DNA of 64,000 nucleotides, taken from assembly GCA_963719495.1 (NCBI GenBank), contig CAVRCI010000002.1, forward strand, positions 448,001-512,000, read 5' to 3'. This DNA is from an uncultured Verrucomicrobiae bacterium (GTDB lineage Bacteria > Verrucomicrobiota > Verrucomicrobiia > Chthoniobacterales > JAATET01). Position numbers and translations under genes: made by a program. Positions 57,609-64,000 of this stretch are shown one piece after another. The notes below the pieces were generated by a model that saw nothing but the letters and a program-made list of their open reading frames with translations, ran no database searches and was not told the origin of the DNA. Within the stretch, counting starts at the first letter, position 1. Every line of letters begins with the position of its first letter.

Positions 57609-60011
57609 TTATCGGTCGAGTGCGCCGAGTGGGAATTTCGGTTTCTGGTCGGGCGTGAGTTCGCCCGCCTTGACGGCGTCGGCGAAGATCATGGCCGCGT
57701 CGAAGGCGGATGGTCCGGTGGTCTGATGGATGGTGAACTCCGAGTAGATCTCGGCGAAGTCGCCCCACACGTCGCGCCAGCTCCGCCAGAGCGGCCAGCC
57801 TTTTGGCTCGTAGCCTTCGGCTTTCACGCCGTCCTCGCCGGGGCCGGGGTAGTTCTTCACCGGCGGGCCGAAGCCGTAAACCGTGTAGCCGCGGATGGTG
57901 TCGCCGTAGATCTCGGCTTCATCCTTGTCGAGGTAGAGGAACATGCTGATCTCGGGCCGCTGCGGGTAGCGTGTGCCCATGCTCGTGATCATCGTTTTGC
58001 CGAGCGGGTTCACGCCGCTGGTGAAGTCGTAGTTGAGCGTGGCGGCGTCGAAGTATTTTTGCTCGCCGGTGAGGCCGTAGGCGATGAGGAGGTTCTCGGC
58101 GTGCGAGAGGCCGTTCGCGCGACCCCAACCGATCTGGGTGCCTTTGCCGTTGCCCATGCGGTAGCTCCCTTCTTCGGTGCCCCGAAGAGCCGCCTCGGCA
58201 CCATTGCCGTTCTTCGCGAGCATTTTCGAGAGAAACGCTTCGCGGACCTGGGGATCGGTCTGATCCTCGGGCATCCGGAGGTAGGACCAGAACGCCTGGG
58301 GCGCGGTCGACCAGTAGCCGCCGTCCTTGAAATGTGCGGAGATGTAGTCCGAGTATTTGGCGTCGCCGGTTGCGGCGTAAAGTTCACAGGCGGCCCAGAG
58401 GATCTGGCTGGGGCGGGACCTCTCATCTTTTTCGTCGTAGATGAGCTTGGTCTTTTCGTTGCGGTGTTCCTCCCAGACGTCTTTCGCGGTGCGGGTCGAG
58501 GCGTAGTCGAACGCGCGGCGGGCGGCTTCGAGGTATTTCGCGGCGAGAGCTTCATCGAGGGGCTTGACGATGCGGGCGAACTGCGCGGCGATGGCGGCGA
58601 ACTGCGGGGTGGAATTTTTCGCGGGTGGGAGCACGCCGTGGGGCGGAGCGAAGACTTCGCGGTCCTTCTCGAAGTTCTGCTTGATGGCGTCGGAGAGGTT
58701 GGCGCGACCCAGCGGAATGGCTCCGGACTCGAGTTGGTTCTCGAGGTAGAAGGAGAGACCCCAGGCGGCTTCGTCGAGGAGGTCGGGGAAGCCGTTGCCG
58801 CTCTCGGGAATGTTCAATTGCGAGTCGGTGAAGGCGGGGGGGTGAAACTCGTAGGCGATGAGCGTAAGGCCGGTCGCCGGGAGGTGGTAGGCGAAGGTGT
58901 CGAAATCGGCGGCGTCGTGGTAGCCGCCCTTGAACTCCTTCAACTCGCCGCGCGGGCCGAGTTTCTCCGGCTGGCGGACCTTGGATTCCTGGAGGCCGAT
59001 CCGGTCGAGTCCTTCGGGGAGTTCGCCGTTCTCGTAAACGTGGGTGTGGCACGCGGCCTTGGTGGCGGCGGTGTGGGGCAGGCCGAGCTCCTGCCCGCAG
59101 CGCTGGTGGAAGAAGACGCGCATCGTGTGGTAGTAGGTCTCGAAGACATTTTCGCCGCCGACGGTGAAGGTGTCGGAATTCGCGAAGCCGGGGATGCGGA
59201 CGTGGTAGGTGCCGATTTTCAGCGGCGAGAGGTCGAATTCGTAGACGTCTTCGCCGCTGAGTTCGTCGCCTTCGGCGCGGAGCGTGAGGTCGCCTTCGAG
59301 CGCGGTCTCGCCGGACTTCTCGTCGATGACCTCGAACTTTTTCAGCTCGGAATAATCGACCGCGCCGCCGTCGCCCTGCCACCATCCGAGGTAACCGTAG
59401 CGGCGGTCGGACTGCGCGGAGTAGCCGAGGGTATTGACCTTGATGGCCTTGGTCGTCGTCTTGTCGTCGAAGGTGAATTCCGTCGTGTCCTTGGCGCGGG
59501 CCTCGGCGGCGCCGCCAACGACCTGGATCGTGTAGGTGTGACCGGGCACGAGTGGCGTGGGCAGGTGGAGGTAGTAGTTGTAGTGAACGAGATTGCGAAC
59601 GGCCAGGGACCAGTTGCCCTTGGTGTCCTTGGCGTTAAAGACGTCGTAGGAATCGCGGAAGACCTTCTCGGGCTGGACGCCTTCGGCGAAACCGGGGGCG
59701 GTCGCGCTGGTGATCACGAAGGCTTCGGGCTTCTGGAGGTCGGCGGCGAGGCCACCGAGTATGCGTCCCCGCTCGCCTTCGACGTCGGTGTGGTCGCCGA
59801 CGAGGGCGCCGTCGAGCGTGACCTCCAGGATGTCGTCGCGGATGAGTTCCACGTCGACGAGGCCGGTAATGAGTCCTTTCTCGATGGCGTATTCGCGACC
59901 CTGCTTGAGGAGTTCGAGTTGGCGGGCGTCGGCGGTGTTCAGCGCGGCGAAGGAGGCGCTGGCGGTGGTGACGACGAGGAGGGGGATGAGGACGGTGTGA
60001 GACAGACGCAT
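57609..60011 (-). CDS. GH9 glycoside hydrolase with N-terminal Ig-like domain
   Basis: Signal peptide; IKVNTLGY, FHQRCG, GGYHDAADFD, LNIPESGNGFPDLLDEA.WGL, GVNPLG, EFTIHQT. Confidence 0.85.
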   Translation of the reverse strand: MRLSHTVLIPLLVVTTASASFAALNTADARQLELLKQGREYAIEKGLITGLVDVELIRDDILEVTLDGALVGDHTDVEGERGRILGGLAADLQKPEAFVITSATAPGFAEGVQPEKVFRDSYDVFNAKDTKGNWSLAVRNLVHYNYYLHLPTPLVPGHTYTIQVVGGAAEARAKDTTEFTFDDKTTTKAIKVNTLGYSAQSDRRYGYLGWWQGDGGAVDYSELKKFEVIDEKSGETALEGDLTLRAEGDELSGEDVYEFDLSPLKIGTYHVRIPGFANSDTFTVGGENVFETYYHTMRVFFHQRCGQELGLPHTAATKAACHTHVYENGELPEGLDRIGLQESKVRQPEKLGPRGELKEFKGGYHDAADFDTFAYHLPATGLTLIAYEFHPPAFTDSQLNIPESGNGFPDLLDEAAWGLSFYLENQLESGAIPLGRANLSDAIKQNFEKDREVFAPPHGVLPPAKNSTPQFAAIAAQFARIVKPLDEALAAKYLEAARRAFDYASTRTAKDVWEEHRNEKTKLIYDEKDERSRPSQILWAACELYAATGDAKYSDYISAHFKDGGYWSTAPQAFWSYLRMPEDQTDPQVREAFLSKMLAKNGNGAEAALRGTEEGSYRMGNGKGTQIGWGRANGLSHAENLLIAYGLTGEQKYFDAATLNYDFTSGVNPLGKTMITSMGTRYPQRPEISMFLYLDKDEAEIYGDTIRGYTVYGFGPPVKNYPGPGEDGVKAEGYEPKGWPLWRSWRDVWGDFAEIYSEFTIHQTTGPSAFDAAMIFADAVKAGELTPDQKPKFPLGALDR

Positions 60012-60118
60012 GGTGCGGGGATGTGAGGGTTCGGGGTGAGGGTGAATGAGTGGGGCCGCCGATGGAGATCGGGGCCGTTGAGGACACTACGAGCGGCGGG
60101 AACGCGCGAAAGTCCCGC

Positions 60119-60134
60119 ATTATGTAAGCCGTTA
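60119..60134 (-). promoter_or_regulatory. Candidate LacI operator TAACGGCTTA adjoining a CATAAT -10 box
   Basis: Minus strand TAACGGCTTACATAATGCG about 110 nt upstream of the GH9 start. Confidence 0.65.
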
Positions 60135-60170
60135 GTTTTGGATTCGGAGCGGTGCGTTCGATCGACAGCC

Positions 60171-61961
60171 TCACGGCGCCTTGACCGGGGTGAATTCGAT
60201 TTGAAAGAGCCGGAGGGGTTCGTCGGTTGGCTTCGCGCCGGGTGCGGTGTCGAGCGCGATGGACAGCTCCGCGGCGTCCGGTGTGAACAGGGGCGGCGGA
60301 AACTTCAGATCGAGCCTTCCATCGGTCGTGGCGCGAACTTCGTTCGTCCCCGCGCGAATGGATAATGCGCACCCCGCGGGCGGGGCGTCCCGCCAGGTCA
60401 GTCGGATGAAGAACGACCGCTCAGCCGGAGTCCGGATCTGGTAGTGGGCCGCGTCCCCCGCGTGTCGCCAGCCTCGGAGATCCGAGATGGTGTTCTGGAG
60501 CTTCCCGTCCAGGCGGGCGGGGAGTTTCGCGGGAATGACGGTGGCTTGATCGGCGGCGAGGTCGATCCGAGGGGCGGTGAACGAATGCGGGGACTGTCGG
60601 ATGCCGACGAACCAATCCGTCAGCTCGGCCTCCAGCGCCGTGGCGACCTCGGGATGTTGATCGATCACGTTGGTGCTCTCGCCGGGGTCGAGGTGAAGGT
60701 CGACGAGGACCCGGGTCGGGTCGGCGTTTTCGCCCGCGGGGAGCGGATTGAGGAGTAATTTGAAGCGGCCTCGACGGACGGAGATTGGCTGATCGAGTGC
60801 TGCGAGTTCGGCTTTGGCCGCGGGGGTCACGGGATCGTATTCGCCGTCGATCCCGGTGGGCGTGTAGGGACGCTCGGACGTGATCCAGCCGGGATGCGCG
60901 TAGTTGAAGATCGGCTGGTCGCCGCCGTTTAGGTCGCCCATCGCCGCCTCCAGCAGCGGGCGACGGCTGGTGCCGTCGAGGGGTGGGTGATCGGCCGGCC
61001 ACGCGACCTGGCACCAATCGAGGATTGTCGGGAGCAGGTCGACTTGATCGAGCGGTGCCGCGACGATCCCGGGCGAGAGTCCCGCGGGCCAGTGAATGAG
61101 GAGGGGAGCGCGCACGCCGTTTTCCCACAGATCGCCCTTCCAGCCGCGGCGGGCACTGATTTTCCGAAGACTTCGCTCGCGGGGAGTGAGCAGGTCGTTG
61201 TTGATGGCCGGGCCGTTGTCGCTGGTGAAGATCAGCAGCGCGTCGTCGAGGCAATCCGTCGCCCGAAGGTGATCGACCAGGCGCCCGACGGCTTGATCCA
61301 AACTCGAGACCATCGCGTTGACCACGGCGAGATTCCCCGGCACACCGCGATCACGGTGGAAGTCGATCCAGTCCTCGGGGGCGAGCAGCGGGGTGTGCGG
61401 CGTGAGACTCGGGAGGTAGAGAAACGTCGGCTGGTCGCGGTGCCGATCCAGGAAATCGACCGCGTAATCGACGATCACGTCGTCGCACCATTTCTCGTGC
61501 GCGACGGGGCGACCGTTGAATTCGCCCCGCGTGTCTTCGTGTTTGTAGAGCTGGGCCGCGTAGGCTTCGTCGAAGCCCCGGTCCCACGGCGAATAACCCG
61601 GCAGCCGCCCGAGGTGCCATTTTCCCCACATGCCGGTCCGCCAATCCGCCGCGCGAAAGGCGTCCGCCAGCGTCCGCTCGTCGCGGTGGAGAAAATCCTT
61701 TCCGCCGTGGACGTGCGACACCCCGGTGCGCAGAAAGTGGCGGCCGGTGAGGAGGGTGGCGCGCGACGGAGCGCAAACGGGATTGACGTTGAAATCCACC
61801 ACGCGGATCGAATTTTTCGCGAGGGCGTCGAGGTTCGGGGTGTGTGCCAGCGGGTTCCCGTTGAACCCAAGATCGTCCGAGCCGAGGTCGTCGGCCTGGA
61901 TGATGATCACGCGGGCGGGCGGCGTTTCCGGAATCGGGGGGGGCATGGCAAGCGGGAACAT
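60171..61961 (-). CDS. Arylsulfatase-family protein with C-terminal extra domain
   Basis: IIQADDLG, CAPSRATLLTGR, GKWHLG, SDNGP, KGDLWENGVRAP. Confidence 0.9.
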   Translation of the reverse strand: MFPLAMPPPIPETPPARVIIIQADDLGSDDLGFNGNPLAHTPNLDALAKNSIRVVDFNVNPVCAPSRATLLTGRHFLRTGVSHVHGGKDFLHRDERTLADAFRAADWRTGMWGKWHLGRLPGYSPWDRGFDEAYAAQLYKHEDTRGEFNGRPVAHEKWCDDVIVDYAVDFLDRHRDQPTFLYLPSLTPHTPLLAPEDWIDFHRDRGVPGNLAVVNAMVSSLDQAVGRLVDHLRATDCLDDALLIFTSDNGPAINNDLLTPRERSLRKISARRGWKGDLWENGVRAPLLIHWPAGLSPGIVAAPLDQVDLLPTILDWCQVAWPADHPPLDGTSRRPLLEAAMGDLNGGDQPIFNYAHPGWITSERPYTPTGIDGEYDPVTPAAKAELAALDQPISVRRGRFKLLLNPLPAGENADPTRVLVDLHLDPGESTNVIDQHPEVATALEAELTDWFVGIRQSPHSFTAPRIDLAADQATVIPAKLPARLDGKLQNTISDLRGWRHAGDAAHYQIRTPAERSFFIRLTWRDAPPAGCALSIRAGTNEVRATTDGRLDLKFPPPLFTPDAAELSIALDTAPGAKPTDEPLRLFQIEFTPVKAP

Positions 61962-61990
61962 GGGAGGAGGGGGGAAGGGGGGGGCGGCAA

Positions 61991-63019
61991 CTACCGGGCT
62001 GCTCGCCTGGCTTTTCGCAAACTGTCGGTGTGCCGGAAGTCGTGCTCGACGACGGTCTGGATGGGATTTGCCGGTTTTCCGAAGTGGCCTTCGCGCAGCA
62101 TGCTGTTGATCTGGCGGACGGCCTGGACGCCGAGGGCGCGGTCGTTGGCGAGGATGCCGGACATGGATTTCATCGAGGGATTGTCGGGCGACATGTAAAC
62201 GAACGCGACGGGCGGGATCTTGCGGCGGCGCTTCTGATAGATGGTTTCGAGCAGCGCGTGGCGATCGAGGCTCTGCACGAGAAAGGCGTCGGGCGAGTGC
62301 TTCGTGATGTAAGCCGATAGCGCCTTCTCGTCGCCCTCGTGCCAGTCGAAGATGGGGAGCAGGCGGTCGCCAAATTCCGTTAGCCGCCGCGCGCCCTCGA
62401 CACCGGCGAACTGCCCCATCGCGTCGCGGTGGCGCGAGATGCGGGAATTGAAGACGAATCCGATCCTCTCGAATCCCTCCGCGGCCATGATCGTGAGCGC
62501 GTTCTCGACCGCGGCCAGCCAGCTCACCCGCACCTCGTCGAACGGAAACGGCGTCACGTTCGTCTCGCAGCCGACCACCGCGTAGCGTTCCCAGCGCAGA
62601 TCGAATTCGAACGGCGCGCGAAAGATCGTGCCGAAGATCAGTCCGCGAATCCCCCGCGAATACAGCGTCCGGTCGAGGTGGGTGGCGCTCTGGAATTCCG
62701 CCACGTTGAAGGACTGGAGCGAATAGCCGAGCCGCTCGGCGTGCTCGCTGCCTGCTGTGATGCAGACCTTGTCCTGCCCCGGGATGCGGGCGTCGTGGAG
62801 GAATGCGATCACCTCGTTCACCGCCTTGCGCGTCGTGCGGAAACGGCTGGCCGCGATGGCCGACAGCGTCGGATTGTTCCGATAGCCCATCTCGGCCGCG
62901 GTCGCCAGCACCAGCTCGCGGGTGGCGCGGGCGACGATGGGGTCGCCGCGCAGCGCCTTCGAGACGGTGCAATTGCTGAGGTCGAGGCGCTTGGCGATGT
63001 CGTTCTGGGAGCAAATCAT
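61991..63019 (-). CDS. LacI family transcriptional regulator
   Basis: HTH QNDIAKRLDLSNCTVSKALRG..AAEMGYRNNP followed by a periplasmic-binding-like sensor domain. Confidence 0.88.
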   Translation of the reverse strand: MICSQNDIAKRLDLSNCTVSKALRGDPIVARATRELVLATAAEMGYRNNPTLSAIAASRFRTTRKAVNEVIAFLHDARIPGQDKVCITAGSEHAERLGYSLQSFNVAEFQSATHLDRTLYSRGIRGLIFGTIFRAPFEFDLRWERYAVVGCETNVTPFPFDEVRVSWLAAVENALTIMAAEGFERIGFVFNSRISRHRDAMGQFAGVEGARRLTEFGDRLLPIFDWHEGDEKALSAYITKHSPDAFLVQSLDRHALLETIYQKRRRKIPPVAFVYMSPDNPSMKSMSGILANDRALGVQAVRQINSMLREGHFGKPANPIQTVVEHDFRHTDSLRKARRAAR

Positions 63020-63031
63020 GGGGAGAAATTG

Positions 63032-63041
63032 TAACGGCTTA
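63032..63041. promoter_or_regulatory. Candidate autoregulatory operator TAACGGCTTA
   Basis: Exact motif 13-22 nt upstream of the LacI ATG. Confidence 0.65.
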
Positions 63042-63090
63042 TCGTCGGTGGCTCCTTTCCCGGTCGCAACCGAAAACCTGCCGGCTCGCG

Positions 63091-64000
63091 TCACTGGTGG
63101 CCGTTCGCGGCGGCGGGTGGAGCCGGAGCGAAGTCGAGCACCGTGATCGAGACCGGCGGGAGCGTGACGGGGCCGATGCCGTCCGCGAAATCGAAGGGCG
63201 CCGCGCCCGCCCACGTCGGCTCGGTGTCGTCGGGTCCGCTCCCGGAGAATTCCCACCGCGCCGCCGACGCGGCGACGGTCCCGCCGGTGACCTCGAGGTC
63301 CACGGTCCGCGAGCCGGTGTCTTTGTTGACGAGAAAAACGGCGAGTCCCCCCGCGTCGGAGCGCGTGGCGAAGGCGCGAATCCCCGGCGTCTCGCCGCTG
63401 ACGGCGACCATTTCGTCTCCGAGGAATTGACCGAGGATGGCGAGTGCCCGCCCGGTGGCGTTCGGGTTGCCGACCTTGTCGAGGGCGTCGGACACTTCCG
63501 GTTCCGCTCCGGTGCCGGCGACCGTGGCCACCGAGAAGTCGTCCACGAGAAGCGCACCGCCCGCCTCGCTCTGCACCCAGAGCCGCACCGAGTCGAAGCG
63601 GGCGGGCGAGGTGACGGTCGCGCTCGAGCGGGCGTAGTCGCCGCCCTCGGCGTTGGCTTTGGCCTCGGTTTGAGAGTCGCCGTCGAGAAACGTGAGGCCC
63701 GCCACGCCCCACTTCGCCGCGTCTTCCTTGCGACCGAAGTAGCTGAACTCGTAGCCGGTATTCGGCTGGAAGCGTTCGCGTGGCAGGGACCGAAAGTGGT
63801 AGCCGCCGGTCGTGCGCAGCGCATTCCCGCCCGAATGCGCGTCGTTCGAAACGCCGAGGTTGGCGTTCGATCCCCAATCGGCACCGCCGCGTTCCAGGCC
63901 CGGATCGTCGGAGGCGGCGAGCGCCTCGATGCCCGGTGTCCTCGATTCACCCGCGATGCGTCCGTCGTCGTTGTGGATCCACCGTGAGTTCCAGAGCAGG
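63091..64000 (-). CDS. C-terminal part of a probable glycoside hydrolase with an inserted CBM-like module; 5' end outside the window
   Basis: Frame open from 63999: LLWNSRW, DAHSGGNAL..LLVDDFSV (CBM4/9-like), then VFLVNK..TLPPVSITVL sandwich. Confidence 0.6.
   Translation of the reverse strand, partial: LLWNSRWIHNDDGRIAGESRTPGIEALAASDDPGLERGGADWGSNANLGVSNDAHSGGNALRTTGGYHFRSLPRERFQPNTGYEFSYFGRKEDAAKWGVAGLTFLDGDSQTEAKANAEGGDYARSSATVTSPARFDSVRLWVQSEAGGALLVDDFSVATVAGTGAEPEVSDALDKVGNPNATGRALAILGQFLGDEMVAVSGETPGIRAFATRSDAGGLAVFLVNKDTGSRTVDLEVTGGTVAASAARWEFSGSGPDDTEPTWAGAAPFDFADGIGPVTLPPVSITVLDFAPAPPAAANGHQ

Noticed and set aside
57726..60026. Long antisense ORF (766 aa), and similar ones at 24001-25509, 39033-40394 and 55415-56953
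   Set aside because: These mirror real genes on the other strand, which is expected in high-GC DNA, and show no family motifs
60171..63014. 947-aa LacI-sulfatase fusion
   Set aside because: LacI is in another frame with its own stop at 61991; the extension is a GC-rich shadow

Overview
High-GC bacterial DNA, most likely Verrucomicrobiota (Chthoniobacterales/Terrimicrobium-like). This is inferred from RNase HIII, PEP-CTERM proteins and a Verru_Chthon-type pseudopilin cassette. Bases 1-21 kb are core-like: pgsA, moaE, gndA, rnhC, mutY, trpB, ribD, an alkaline phosphatase, tRNA-Gln and tRNA-Thr, and a seven-gene caa3-oxidase/cytochrome bc operon. At 21033-21079 there is only the 3' portion of an initiator tRNA-Met, followed by its terminator. 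This is the classic footprint of an island attachment site, so everything to its right may lie in an integrated element. That right-hand 43 kb is a glycan-utilisation locus: two alginate-lyase-family paralogs, GH51-, GH2-, GH9- and PL22-like enzymes, three sulfatases, a sugar ABC transporter, an isomerase/kinase/aldolase/GlcDF catabolic block and a LacI regulator. In its middle sit a four-gene pseudopilin cassette, two PEP-CTERM proteins and an un-anchored paralog of one of them. A recurring 10-bp motif (TAACGGCTTA, variant TAACGG[C/G]ATA) lies upstream of the LacI gene, the catabolic genes, the pseudopilin cassette and both PEP-CTERM genes. It suggests one sugar regulon in which the pilin cassette and PEP-CTERM proteins could act in glycan capture or uptake. 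All family assignments come from reading motifs by eye; no database search was run.
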